Source of the DNA: Carcharhinus longimanus
Lineage: Eukaryota
Direction: 5' to 3'
Length of the DNA: 64,000 nucleotides
Assembly: GCA_030264375.1 (NCBI GenBank)
Contig: JASCQW010000001.1
Location: 81,563,275-81,627,274 of the forward strand
Both the position numbers and the translations under genes were made by a program. The stretch's first letter is position 1; the number at the start of each line of letters is the position of its first letter. This document shows, piece after piece, positions 1 to 13,075 of the stretch. The notes under the pieces are model-generated. The model did no database searches. It was not told the origin of the DNA and was given only the letters and a program-made list of their open reading frames with translations.

Positions 1-189
1 ACAAGGCGGACCGAATCACCTGTGAAGTAAAAGAAAAGACATCAATAAACATGCAAAACTTAGACATTTACGGAATCCCCAGAAGCGCAGAAAAAGCAAG
101 TGAGCCATGAAATATTTTGGAAGGACCATAGGAATCAATTTATTCCCAGGGACGTCCCAAAGCTCTTGATCTTTATTTAGAAAAGTCTC

Positions 190-562
190 CTGCATCCCTC
201 CATCTCTAGTCCGCTCACGTGCCTGTCTAAGTAAGCCCAGCGTGCCTGCCTCCACCACCCTACTTGGCAGTGCATTCCAGGCCCCCACCACCCTCTGTGA
301 AAAACCTCCCTCTAACATCCGAGTTATACCTTGCCCCTCTCACCCTAAGCCTGTGGCCCCTCGTAATTATTGTATCCAACCTAGGAAAAAGCTTACCACT
401 GTTCACTTTATCTATATCCTTCATAATCTTATACACCTCTATTAGATCCCCCTCATCCTCCACCTTTCTAAAGAGAACAACCCCAATTTGCCCAATCTTT
501 CCTCGTAGCTCAGGCCTTCCATTCCAGGCAACATCCTGGTAAACCTCCTCTGCACCCTCTAT
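190..562 (-). mobile_element. CR1/HER1-type LINE 3' fragment
   Basis: GDLIEVYKIM...TRGHRL...FFSQRVVGAWNALP is the CR1 ORF2 C-terminus, here frameshifted. Confidence 0.85.
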
Positions 563-1269
563 TTTGTTTTATAATGTTGCTTTGAAATACCTTGGGATGT
601 TTTATTCCATTAAAAGCTGCAATATAAATATAAGTTGTTTGTGGAAGAAATTTAGATTACCACTCTGTGTGAAGAAGTGCTTCCTGGCATCACTTGAACA
701 ACCAATATTTGTTTTGAGGTTAATGTCCAGAAAACCTCCTGGCAAAACAATTAAGTATCAAATGAACATAGATAAATATGAGGTGGTGCATTTTGGAAGG
801 AAAAATAGAAACATTACCCCCATGTTTGCAAATAAGAATCCAAATTGGGTACTCAAATCATTAAAAGCAACATAACAGGTCAGAAAAACAATAAAAACTG
901 CTACAAAGCATGTAAATATTTTTTCTACAGAACACTAATGTGGTAAAGTTATGTTAAATTTGTGTAGAAACTTGCATAGAAGTTGTATATCATATTAGGT
1001 GTGTAATAGAACATAGAACACTACAGCACAAACAGGCCCTTCGGCCCACGAGTTGCGCCGAACACATCAACACCTACCAANNNNNNNNNNNNNNNNNNNN
1101 NNNNNNNNNNNNNNNNNNNNNNNNNNNNNNNNNNNNNNNNNNNNNNNNNNNNNNNNNNNNNNNNNNNNNNNNNNNNNNNNGTACTCATTAAGCACCTCTG
1201 CCATTTCTTCTGGTTCCACACAGACCTTTCCCCCTTCACCTTTTATAGGTCCTATCCTATAAAAAAAGG

Positions 1270-2640
1270 GTAATTAAAAAATCATAATATAATTGGGCAG
1301 AATCAACAAGGATTTATGAAAGGGAAATCATCTTTAGCAAATCTGTTGTAACTAGTATTGTAATGAAATGAAAAGCAAGTGGATATAGTGTGGATTTTCA
1401 AGAAACTTTTGGTAATGTGCCACACAAGTTTATTTCAAAATTCAGGCTCATGGGATTAGAGATACTATCTTAGATGGATTGATGTTGGTTAATGGTCTGA
1501 AAACAGAGTAGGAATATATGGGTCAGTTTTGATTTGCAAGGTGTAACTACTGCTTGATCTCAACTACTTACATTGTGTCAAGGGCTTAGATAAGTTTAAC
1601 ATATCCAAATTTGCTGACAATACAAAATTAAATGTGAAAGTAAGCAGTGAGGAGACACAAAGAGGCTGCAAAGGTATTCAATGGGTTAAGTGAATGGGCA
1701 AGCACATGGCAGATGGAGAACTGTGAAGTTATCCACTTTGGTAGGAAAATAGAAAGAGAATATTTGTTAAATTGTGTGAAACTGAGAAAGTCTGGTACTC
1801 AGAGGAATGTGGGAAATCCTTTCACATGAAAGTTACAGCAGGCAATTAGGAAAATAAATGGTATGTTAGCCTTTGTTACAAAGACATTAGAGTACAAGAG
1901 TAAGAAGTTTTACTGCAATTATATAAGACATTAGTAAGACCACACCTGGAATAATGGTACAGTTTGATTTCCTTGCCTAATTTGCTTTAGAGGGCATGCA
2001 ACAAAGGTTCAACAAATGGTCCTATGAGAGAAGATTAAGTAGGCCAGAAGAATGAGTTGATTCAATTGGAACATATAAAATTCCTATTGAATTTGATAGG
2101 ATGATGTAAAAAGGATATTTCTCTGGCTGGGTATAGGGAATCAGATTTTCAAGGGTCAGCGATTTAGGACTGATGAGAAGAAATTTCATCAGGCAAGGAG
2201 CTGTGGATGCTCAGTTGTTGCGTTTCTTCAAGTCAGAGATCAACAGAATTTTTAGACATTAAGGGAATTAAGGGATGTGAGGATAGCGAAAGAAGGTAGA
2301 GTTGAAGAGGATTAGCTATTATCTTATTAATGGCTGAACAGATTTGAAGGACTACTATTTATATTGTTATGTTTATGATCCTGGTCAGACCTCGCTTAGG
2401 ACTGTACTCAATTCTAACCTCCATACCACAAAAAGGACGTAGAAACTCTTGGGAAAGTACAACAAAGATCTACAAATATGGCCCCAGAAGTATGAGCTTG
2501 TAGATTTCAGGAAAGGTTGAATAGGTTGGGACTTCTTTCTTTAGAAAAGACATAGACGTGATCTGATAGGGGTCTATGAATGGGTTGGACAGAGGGAATG
2601 TTTCCTCTTCTGGGTAAATCCAAAACGGAGAGTCATAAGA
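1270..2640 (+). mobile_element. Decayed CR1-type LINE RT and 3' fragments
   Basis: Remnants of GFMKGKS, DF.K.F, SKFAD(D)TK, CEVIHFGRK and LVRPHLE motifs, with many stops. Confidence 0.8.
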
Positions 2641-2659
2641 TACTAACAAATCTAGTTAG

Positions 2660-3750
2660 CAAATACTCAAAATCATCTCCAAATTCTGTGGCCTGGGCCT
2701 TGGCTCCTTCCTCTGCAACTGGATCCTGAACTTCCTAACCCATAGATCACATTCAGTAAGGATAGGCAACAACACCTCCTCCATGATCATCCTCAACACC
2801 GGTGCCCCACAAGGCTGTGTTGTCAGCCCCCTACTATACTCGTTATATACCTATGACTGTGTGACCAAATATCCCTCCAACTCAATTTCCATATTTGCTG
2901 ATGACACCACAGTAGTGGATCAGATCTCAAACAATGACATGACAGACTACAGGAGTGAGATAGAGAATCTGGTGAACTGGCATGACAACAATAATCTCTC
3001 CCTAATGTCAACAAAACGAAGGAGNNNNNNNNNNNNNNNNNNNNNNNNNNNNNNNNNNNNNNNNNNNNNNNNNNNNNNNNNNNNNNNNNNNNNNNNNNNN
3101 NNNNNNNNNNNNNNNNNNNNNNNNNNNNNNNNNNNNNNNNNNNNNNNNNNNNNNNNNNNNNNNNNNNNNNNNNNNNNNNNNNNNNNNNNNNNNNNNNNNN
3201 NNNNNNNNNNNNNNNNNNNNNNNNNNNNNNNNNNNNNNNNNNNNNNNNNNNNNNNNNNNNNNNNNNNNNNNNNNNNNNNNNNNNNNNNNNNNNNNNNNNN
3301 NNNNNNNNNNNNNNNNNNNNNNNNNNNNNNNNNNNNNNNNNNNNNNNNNNNNNNNNNNNNNNNNNNNNNNNNNNNNNNNNNNNNNNNNNNNNNNNNNNNN
3401 NNNNNNNNNNNNNNNNNNNNNNNNNNNNNNNNNNNNNNNNNNNNNNNNNNNNNNNNNNNNNNNNNNNNNNNNNNNNNNNNNNNNNNNNNNNNNNNNNNNN
3501 NNNNNNNNNNNNNNNNNNNNNNNNNNNNNNNNNNNNNNNNNNNNNNNNNNNNNNNNNNNNNNNNNNNNNNNNNNNNNNNNNNNNNNNNNNNNGATCTTTC
3601 TCTACACCCTAGCTATGACTGTAACACTACATTCTGCACTGTCTCATTTCCTTCTCTATGAATGGTATGCTTTGTCTGTATAGTGCGCAAGAAACAATAC
3701 TTTTCACTGAATGTTAATACATGTGACAATAATAAATCAGATCAAATTAA
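2660..3750 (+). mobile_element. Rex1/Babar-type LINE (RT region and 3' tail, central gap)
   Basis: [22 protein letters not shown] and [19 protein letters not shown] motifs. Tail reads TGTGACAATAATAAAT(CAAAT)n. Confidence 0.8.
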
Positions 3751-3754
3751 ATCA

Positions 3755-4190
3755 TCCACAACTCTGCCCATGTTATTCCTTGCACTGAATCCCTTTCACC
3801 CATTACCCTTTGCTCAATGACGATGGCTCTTGATCAAGCAACATCTCAATTAAAAAATTCTCATCCTCATGTTCAAATCCCTCCATGGCCTCATCCCTCC
3901 CTATATTTGTAATTTCCTCCAGCCCTAAAACCCTCTGAGATATCTACACTCCTCCAATTCTGGACTTTGAGAATCTGCTCCACCATCAGTGACCAGGCCC
4001 TCAGAAGCCAAGACTCTGAGCTCTAGCATTTCCTTCCTAAATCTCTAATAAGCCCCTAAAAATCTATCTCTTTGTACAATCGTCAGCTCTAATATTTTCT
4101 TTTGTGGCTTTGTTTCAAATTTCTTCTGATAAAACTCTTGAGAAGGGATATTACAATGTTAAAGGGGTAATATGAGTGAATATTGTTGTT
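3755..4190 (+). mobile_element. L2-type LINE 3' fragment
   Basis: Decayed PITP.L..L.WL...FKILILMFKSLHGL.P.Y-like coding remnant and an L2-like tail. Confidence 0.6.
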
Positions 4191-5164
4191 GTTGGAATGT
4201 GAAACTTGCTAACACAGGATGTATTTGAAATAAATAACTCTGCTTTCAAATAGAAACCAGATGAATATGACAGAAAAGGGAGTAGAAAGATATGCTGTAA
4301 AAGAAAGACTTGAGAGACTTGCATTTATTCAATGCCTTTCACAATCTCAGGATGCCTCAAAGTGCTCTATAGCTACTGAGTACTTTTAAAGTGATATCAC
4401 TATTGTAATTTGGTAATGCTGAGGTGAAGTTGATGGAAGGAGACTTGGAGTGTAATAAAAACAGCAACACAGTTGAGTTGGGCTGTATTGCCTGCGTGTG
4501 CTCTGCATATTCTATCCTATTCTATGCCCCTTTCTTTTGGAGCTTCCCATTTGAGTAAATAGTTCATCGTTAACTACCAGAAACTCCTTTATTTATTTTA
4601 AACACATGAGGTGGATCATATAGGGCACCATGGTCCCCCCGCCCCAAGTAAAATGTTGGGGAAGGAGCCCGTTCATGATCCCAATCGATGCCTGGCAGTA
4701 ATTTAATGCTGGGATCAGACTTAATTGCTTTAAGGCAAAAAGTCAGCCCCATCTTGATAGGAAAATCTGCCTCTGAGACTTTCCAGACAACCAGCCAAAG
4801 GGCAGGCCACTCAATCCTGAAAAATTTCATATCTGTCAAGGCTAGGGGGCAGGTAGCCTTCAGAAGTTCCAAAGCGCACTGCAATAAATTAGACACTTTT
4901 GTGAAGAGTAGTCACAGTTGTCTTGCAGGAAATGCAGCAGGCAATTTTCACACGAGATCCCATAAACAGTGATGTGAGGATGGCTAGACTTTGTGATCAA
5001 GTCCTTGAAGTGGGAATTTAACCTGCAACCTTCCAACTCAGTGGCAAAAGCACCACCATTGAATCACAACAGACATCAAATACATGAAGAGATTATTGCT
5101 TTGCTATCAAATCATGTGCAAAGTGTCAGAACAAAAGCATGAAACTGTCAGAACAAAAGTATGA

Positions 5165-6115
5165 ATCATCACATAGATGATTTGGAGTTGGGGACCAAGT
5201 GTAGTGTGTCAAAATTCGCAGATGACACTAAGGTGGGTGGAAGNNNNNNNNNNNNNNNNNNNNNNNNNNNNNNNNNNNNNNNNNNNNNNNNNNNNNNNNN
5301 NNNNNNNNNNNNNNNNNNNNNNNNNNNNNNNNNNNNNNNNNNNNNNNNNNNNNNNNNNNNNNNNNNNNNNNNNNNNNNNNNNNNNNNNNNNNNNNNNNNN
5401 NNNNNNNNNNNNNNNNNNNNNNNNNNNNNNNNNNNNNNNNNNNNNNNNNNNNNNNNNNNNNNNNNNNNNNNNNNNNNNNNNNNNNNNNNNNNNNNNNNNN
5501 NNNNNNNNNNNNNNNNNNNNNNNNNNNNNNNNNNNNNNNNNNNNNNNNNNNNNNNNNNNNNNNNNNNNNNNNNNNNNNNNNNNNNNNNNNNNNNNNNNNN
5601 NNNNNNNNNNNNNNNNNNNNNNNNNNNNNNNNNNNNNNNNNNNNNNNNNNNNNNNNNNNNNNNNNNNNNNNNNNNNNNNNNNNNNNNNNNNNNNNNNNNN
5701 NNNNNNNNNNNNNNNNNNNNNNNNNNNNNNNNNNNNNNNNNNNNNNNNNNNNNNNNNNNNNNNNNNNNNNNNNNNNNNNNNNNNNNNNNNNNNNNNNNNN
5801 NNNNNNNNNNNNNNNNNNNNNNNNNNNNNNNNNNNNNNNNNNNNNNNNNNNNNNNNNNNNNNNNNNNNNNNNNNNNNNNNNNNNNNNNNNNNNNNNNNNN
5901 NNNNNNNNNNNNNNNNNNNNNNNNNNNNNNNNNNNNNNNNNNNNNNNNNNNNNNNNNNNNNNNNNNNNNNNNNNNNNNNNNNNNNNNNNNNNNNNNNNNN
6001 NNNNNNNNNNNNNNNNNNNNNGTGGAGTTGAGTCCACAAAAAGATCAGCCATGATCTTATTGAATGGCGGAGCAGGGGCAAGGGGCCAGATGGCCTACTC
6101 CTGCTTCTAGTTCTT
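5165..6115 (+). mobile_element. CR1-type LINE, young copy, mostly gap
   Basis: IDDLELGTKCSVSKFADDTKVGG before the gap and a CR1 3' tail (GATCAGCCATGATCTTATTGAATGGCGG...) after it. Confidence 0.8.
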
Positions 6116-6592
6116 TACATGAATCAAGATCATTAAAAAAAATTGTAAAGGTGGACTATTATAAGGTTGGGAGGAGAGAGGGATTTACTTGCATTGATTT
6201 TGGAAAGATTATGTTATTGAAATGGCTAAGAGAAAATGTCACTATGGAAACAGCTTGAGCTGTTTTACAGGGAACTCAAGTGACCCAAGTGGGAAGCAGT
6301 GGGTTTTTTTTATATTAAAATCACAAAGGGCAAAATTAAGCCATTCCCTCATCATCCCTCTCAACCTATCGGTAGTCTTTAACATGATTCCACACTGTTG
6401 TCAAGCTGGGTGGAACAACACTTGCCTGGTTTCAATCTTATCTATATTCATAGCCAGAGAATCATCTGCAATGGTTTATTTTCCTGCTTCTATGGTTACT
6501 TCTAGTGTTATCCAAGGATCTATCCATGACTCTGTCCTATTTCCAAAAACACATCAGTTTTCAGGGTCCTGGCTGCCAAAGGCCTAGTTTTT

Positions 6593-6868
6593 GGGCAGCA
6601 CTGTGGCATAGTGGTTAGCACTGGTACCTCACAGTGCCAGGAACCTGGGTTCAGTTCTGGCCTTGGATGACTGTCTCCCCATGTCTACATGGGTTTCCTT
6701 CGACAGTCCAAAGATGTGTGGTTTAGATTTATTGGCCATGGTAAATTGTCCCTCACTGGTAGGGTGATTAGCAGGGTAACTACATGGGGTTAACGGAATA
6801 AGGCCTAGATGGGTTGTCAGTGCAGGCTCAATGGGATGAATGGCCTCCTGTAGGGATTCTATGATTCA
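6593..6868 (+). mobile_element. V-domain tRNA-derived SINE (HE1-like), CR1-type tail
   Basis: A box TGGCATAGTGG, B-box-like GGTTCAGTTC, V-core remnant and GATTCTAT tail. Confidence 0.85.
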
Positions 6869-7929
6869 CTAATGGTGGACCAGATTGTACACTGACAAGA
6901 CCAAATTCAACTACACCACTATCTCTATTGACCCCTCCACTGGTTGTTATCCAACATCCAGTACTGGATTAGCAGAAATTTCACCTAATTAAATATTGGG
7001 AAGACCAAAGCCATTGGGCACAATCTTATCACCTCGCCACTCCTGGTGAACAGCCTGGCAAGCTGGGAAAATAGCATGAGATGCTAAAAATCCAAATTGC
7101 GCCTGGCACGAAATGGTTTGCTATCTTCTTTGCCCCCTTATAATGGAGAGAACAGCTTGGCGGCCAAAATGATCGCAAAACTTATTTGCAGAAATTTGAC
7201 TAGATTTCAATATCATAAGTGAATTTGGCACGCAATTGTCCCCCTCATGAAAGCTGCCCACCTCACCAGTGTGACAGCACGCCAGCACAGATCACCACTG
7301 CACTATAAAGGTGTGGTTCGGGTGCAGCAGTAGCAAAGGGGAAATAGGAAGTGAGTACCACTGTGCATCAACTTCCAGGGTGGAGAGGGGAGATTCTCAG
7401 CCACTGCCCTGGTGCTGGGAAGGATGGGGAGCTTGNNNNNNNNNNGGAGCTTGCATGGGTGCAGGGGTTTGGGGGGGCTCATGCTGGTATGAGGGTCCTC
7501 ATGTTGGAGGCCGCCACTGGCTTGGGGCTCCTGTAGCGCACATTGCCTCTGGCCGCTGAATGACCTCTGAGGGGTTGTATATGAGGTTGAAACCTCACCT
7601 CACTTTTGATGCATCAGTCTGCTGGGCAGGCTCTGTGGCTGACTGTTGACATTCCATCCCAGGCCCCTTTAAAAGTAACAAGAACCAAGTCTGTCAGCTT
7701 TTGTCCCACTCATGGGATCTGAGCAGGTGTTAACATGATTCCTCACACTGGATGAACTCTGCAGTGCTCCCTACAATGGGAAGCCATCTTGTGATCGTCA
7801 CGAGGATGCTTTTGCACCATCTGTCTAAACTGCAAGGTGTACCTGGAAACCACTACACCAGACGTCCAGGTAGGTGCACTCATGTCTGTGCCTCAGGAGT
7901 TCTCAATGGGCACTCTGTCATAGCTATCT

Positions 7930-8260
7930 GTGTCGCCATGCAACATCCTGTGGATTTCAGACATCCATGGCGTCTTTGAGAAACAACCCAGGCTGCCAGG
8001 ATGGCTCATGGGAGACAAGGACTATCCACTAAGGTCATGGCTGATGACACCAGTGAGGAGGTACCAGACCAAGACGGAGATCTGCTACAATGAGGCCCAT
8101 GCTGCCACCCAGTCCATCATCGAGTGGTGCATTGGATTCCTAAAAATGCGGTTCCACTGCCTGGATCTTCTGGTGGGACCCTCTGCTACAGCCCCCGAGA
8201 GTCTCCCGCATCATTGTGATCAGTTGTGCACTCCACTACCTGGGGCAACAGCAGGGAGAC
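7930..8260 (+). pseudogene. Harbinger (HARBI1-like) DDE transposase C-terminal remnant
   Basis: GWLMGDKDYPLRSWLMTPV...E.CYNEAHAATQSIIEWCIGFLKMRFHCLD matches the PIF/Harbinger GD.GYPL...LMTP...N..H...R..IE..FG.LK.RF.CL signature. It is frameshifted downstream and the N-terminal part is missing. Confidence 0.9.
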
Positions 8261-9169
8261 TCCAAGAGGATGAGGACGGTGACCAGGCAGACACCGTGGA
8301 GGAGGATGTGAAGGACAAGGCCAAGGAGAAGCCAGAGAACAGGCCACTGCAAGTGTCCGGCAAAGCAGGATTGCAAGGGAGGCGCTCACCGCTGCAGGAT
8401 TCTCTCAATTGGAGATGTGAGGTCTATCAGCTCCTATACCCATCAGCCCACCACCCCCAGGAGTCTTCAGCCACCACCCCTTGTCAATACTACCCACAAT
8501 GGGCTACATGAGTGCCATCACACCATGGACTTAGTTTGGCTGTATTATTGAGTTACTGGTCTAAGCAGGAGGCTGATGATGACTCGCTATGCGGTACATA
8601 AGTCTGACTCATACCTGTTCTCTGACTACACACTGGTGCCCAGGCCCATGTCTGGATGAGGGTTGGAGACACTACCATCCTGTCCAGTGCCCTGGGGATG
8701 GAGGGTGGTGCTGGGAGTGCCACTCCTCGGGTCCAGCAGATGCTGAGGATGTCAGGCCAGGTTGTCTGTCAGTATGGGCATTCTACGGCCCCCACTGCTG
8801 AGACTGCTTGGGACAAATGCTTGGAGAGCCACGGCAATTAGGGATCTGGCACAGGTACTGGGAACTGGGGATTGTGAACAGTGAGCTGAAGGGCCTCTCA
8901 TGCTCTAAGCCTCTATGTGTGCGGTCAAGGTACAATCATAGTGAATTTCTAATTGACAATTAGCAAAACCCTAACCAGTGCTTGCCTTCACCCGTGGCTT
9001 TTTACAGCTTCTTAACTTAGTGTCCTACCACTATATCTTGGTGCCTCCCAGAATGCACATCATGGGTTCCATACCCTGTGGCCTGTGCAGTTTTCCCCGG
9101 GTGGTGGTGGTGGTGGGGGCAAGACTATGAGGGACCTGCCCAGCATTCAGGTGTCACAGAGGTAGCCAT

Positions 9170-12100
9170 GCCACCCTATTCAGCCTGCTGCCCGTGAGAT
9201 GCACCGGTGTCAGAAAGGAGGAAATTCAGAAGGGCTAGACGGCCCCAGCATGGGCTCCAGCCCTTCCTTCTCCCTTGGGTGCCCATTGGCCCATGGGACA
9301 CTCTATGGGATGGTGGGGCACCTGGAGTGAGCTCCAGAGGCCTCTGCATCACCCTGCTCTGGCAGTCCTGGAGGCACAACTTTGACTCCCCCATGGTGTC
9401 CAAGCCCTCAGCAATAAACTTCTGAGTCTGGACCAAGCTCTGGAACCCCTCAGCAATTGTCATTGAATCATACAGTGCAAAATAGCTCCTTTGGCTCATC
9501 GAGTCTGCATCAACATGTGAAGAACACCTGACCTCTCCCCAGATCCCATTTACCAGCACTTATACCCTTGAATGTGATGATGTACCAAGGCTCATCCAGG
9601 TACTTTTTAAAGGATGTGAGGCAACCTGCCTCTACCACCCTCCTGGGCAACACATTCCAAACTGTCACCACCCTCTGGATAAAAAGGTTTTTCCTCATAT
9701 CCTCCTAAACCTCCTGCCTCTCACATTGAACCTCTCTTTCTTCATGACTCACCCTTCAACTAAAGGGAACAGCTGCTCGTTATCCCCACTCTGTTCATGC
9801 CCCTAATAATCTTGTACACTTCAATCAGGTTGCCCTTCAGTCTTCTCTACTCCAACAAAAACAACCCAAACCTATCCAACATCTCTTCATAACTTAAATG
9901 TTCTATCCCAAGCAGCATCCTGGTGAATCTTTTCTGCACCCGCTCCAGCACAATATATCCTTCCGATAATGAGGCGTCCAAAACTGCACAGTATTCTAGC
10001 AGTGGCCTCACCCAAATTCTATACAACTCCAACATGATTTGCCTGTTTTTGTAATCTATGCCTCAATTAATAAAGACAAGTGTCCCATATGCTTTTCTCA
10101 GCACCCTACCAACATGCCCTTCCACTTTCATAGATATGTGGACAAACACACCAAGTTCCCTTCATTCCACAGGACATCCTAGAGTCCTATCATTCATTGA
10201 ATACTTTCTTGTCAAATTACCCCTTCCAAAGGTATCACCTCACACTTTTCAGGGTTAAATTCCATCTGCCACTTATCTGCCCATTTGACCATCCCAACCA
10301 TATCTTCTTGTAGCCCAAGACACATGGCCTCGCTGTTAACTACCCAGCCAATCGTAAACTTACTAATTCTATTACCACATAGATATCAATGTTATTTATA
10401 TAAATGATGAATAATAAAGGGCCCAATGCAGATCTCTGTGGTATGCCATGAACGCTGGCTTCCAGTCGCTAAAGCAGCCTTCTGTTATCAGTCTCTGTCT
10501 CCTACAACTGAGCCAATTTTGGCTCCACTTTATTAAATTACCCTGTATCACACATGCATTTGCCTTCTTTAAAAATCCTCCATATGAGACCTTGTCAAAA
10601 ACTTTGCTGAAATCCAAAAAAAATCTAAATCCAAAAAAAAAATCTAACCTCATCTACAAACCTGGTCACCTCCTCAAAAAATTCAATCGCATTTGTTTGG
10701 CATGACTTCCCTCTGATGAAGCCATGCTGACTATTTCTGATCAAGCCTTGCCTCTCCAAGGTGAGACAGATGTTCTCCTTTAGAATTTTCTCCAATAGTT
10801 TCCCTANNNNNNNNNNCATAAGACTCATTGGTCTGTAGCTCCCTGGCTTATCTTTACAATCCTTCTTAAATAGCAAAACCACATTAGTTGTTCTCTAGTC
10901 CTCTGGCATCTTCCCTGTGGCCAGACAGGAATTAAAAATTTCAGTCCTTTTAGATTGGTCAAGCTCTGGAGACCCTCAGCAAGTATTCTCTGACAGTGGG
11001 CCAAGCTCTTCAGGCCCACAGCCATGGCCCGCTGCATGTCGAGCAAGCTTCTGAGGCCCTCAGCCATGGCCGTTAGTGATTTGGCTATGTCTTGGACCTA
11101 CCACCCATGGTGATCATTCCCTGCTCCAGGCTTTCCACTGCAGTCACCATCTTTGCCATATTGGCCTGGGCACCTTGCAATGCCAGCACCACCTCCTGCA
11201 ACTGAAGGCTGTTGGACTTCTCCAAACAGCCTTCCAGCTGCTGGAATGTTGCTGACGGCCACTCCTGCAATCCCCAGCTTGGCATCTGCATCTCCAGCAG
11301 CTTCGGGAGAGCTGATCCCATCAGCTCAGCATCTGACTCCACATGATGTGCATCAACAGCTGTGTGGTGCTCACCACAAAGTGCCCCAGAAGCCTCAGCA
11401 CTAATAAGTTCCACCATGGTGACTGTATCCGTGCTGGAGAATGGTGCATATGATGCCTCTGTTAATTGTTGGATTATTTTCTCAGCAGTGTCGTCAGAGC
11501 TTTCCTGTGAGCTGTTGATGAGAGTCTCAGCGGGGACTGCAGGTGGCCACCCAGCCTCATCAGGGTTATCTACAGCAAAAGAAGGCATAAAAGTAAGTGC
11601 AAGGGAGGGACAAGATTGCAACTTAATTGAGATAGGTCGTATTAATGAAGGTTTTGTGACTCCTCATTTCTGTGGTGCACCCTTACTTGGCTGTCAGTCA
11701 TGCTCTCTCCTCAGACTCCCCCAACAGCTCCATGGCTCGATCCTTGAACACACTGAGGATATGCAGTTCAGCACCTCCGGGCTTTGCCTGTTCCCAGTGA
11801 ATGCGGAGCATCTTCTCCTGCAGGAACAGAAGGGGGATTCAAAGCCTGATGGCTGGAAGGGTGTGAAGCGTTAGGGGTGAGGGCAATTGGGTGCCATAAG
11901 ACTGGACTGTACCTCGGAAGGCAAGCGTTGTGTTGGGGGGTCCCAGAGGGATTGGATGGAGATGCTAGGGGTTTTGGTGCTGTAAGGCTGGGGAGTCTCA
12001 GGAAGTGGATCAACATGGACGTAGACATTCCAGACACAACTGACTGGGCTGGTGCCAGGATAGACTGGACACCCACCCTTGCTGCCCGAATGAGGTCATT

Positions 12101-12296
12101 AATTTTCTTTCTGCACATCCCCAATTCTCCATTCCAGTGTGCAGGCACTGACAGCCACTGCCACCGTTTCCCAAATCGCATTGTCAGCCGCTGACTATCT
12201 CTGGGGAAGAAGATGGCCCTCCTCTCCTCCACAGCGTCAAGTAGACATCTCAACTCCCTCTCCATAAATCATTGAGCAACTCAATTAGAAGCCATT
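9170..12296 (-). pseudogene. Harbinger Myb/SANT-like accessory gene remnant (spliced, 3 exons; interrupted by CR1)
   Basis: F.ERELRCLLDAVEERRAIFFP...W(ET)VA.AVSA...CRKKINDLIRAAR trihelix motif. Donor AGG|GTGGGT at 12077, acceptors at 11817 (EKMLR...KPGG) and 11569, and a coiled-coil-like C-terminus. Confidence 0.8.
9462..10945 (-). mobile_element. CR1/HER1-type LINE (5'-truncated) nested in the Harbinger element
   Basis: LFKK..KDKPGSYRPMSL, SQHGFIRGKSC.TN, LDFSKVFDKV, VRPLLEYC and QRVVTVWNVLP motifs. Tail at ~9462. Confidence 0.9.
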
Positions 12297-13075
12297 TTCT
12301 TGGCATGACTGACCATGTGTGCAGTTAGTTTTTAAATAAAGCTCCCTCTGCTTAACGGCACACAGCTACGATCACTTTGGGCGAACCACATGCCTGGAGC
12401 CACCAAGCCAGTGTGATTCATATGGAGGTTTTTTCATTGCACTAAGTGTCGAAAGATTGCCATTGAGGAGCACGCTGAAAAGATTAGTGTGGGGGACTCC
12501 CATTTTCTCACTGTTCTGATTCTTTTCTCCTTTAAAACCCATCTCTTTTGAGTAAGCTTTTGGTCACCTGTCTCATATCTCCTTGTTGGCTTATGTCATA
12601 TGTTACAATTCCCCCATGAAGTACCTTGCGATGTTCTATTAAAGTAGACATTATATAAACACCATTTTTTAACACTCATACACACTATATGTAAAGGACA
12701 TTTCTGCTCTGAAGTATCAACAGCAACATGTTGCAATATCATTTTTTAAAAGAATAACTTTTTGAACAAAGCAAAAGCTGCATGAAAAATGATCTATTTA
12801 TTTTACAACCACTAATATTAACCATATCTGGAATGTTTCCATTCAATTCTTCACCCTGTATTCACATTGAAATGAAGCTCCACAATGGGATTAACTTAAA
12901 CAAAAGCAGTTCACCAGGGTGTTTAGATCTCTAATTCTACTTTGCTGTAAATAAGTATCCATCTTCCGCATGACTTCTACTCTGCCCATAGCTTGCTGAA
13001 GTTTTAAAAAAACACACACATTCATGGGTTTGGGGATCGCTGGCATTGGCAGTAATTATTTCCCATCCTTTATTA

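Larger units (their letters stand above)
7016..12520. mobile_element. Decayed Harbinger/PIF DNA transposon (two convergent genes), inserted in an L2 fragment; right end uncertain
   Basis: GC-richer block starting GGGCACAATCTT, carrying a transposase remnant (+) and a Myb/SANT-like gene remnant (-). L2-like sequence lies on both flanks. Confidence 0.8.

Noticed and set aside
5161-6081. Long ORFs (270-300 aa) in the ORF track, also at 2783-3661 and other X-rich entries
   Set aside because: They are read-throughs of N gaps. Only the short LINE-derived flanks are real sequence.
6593-6665. tRNA-like A/B boxes here and at other SINE heads
   Set aside because: They are followed by V- or Deu-SINE bodies, so they are SINE heads rather than tRNA genes.
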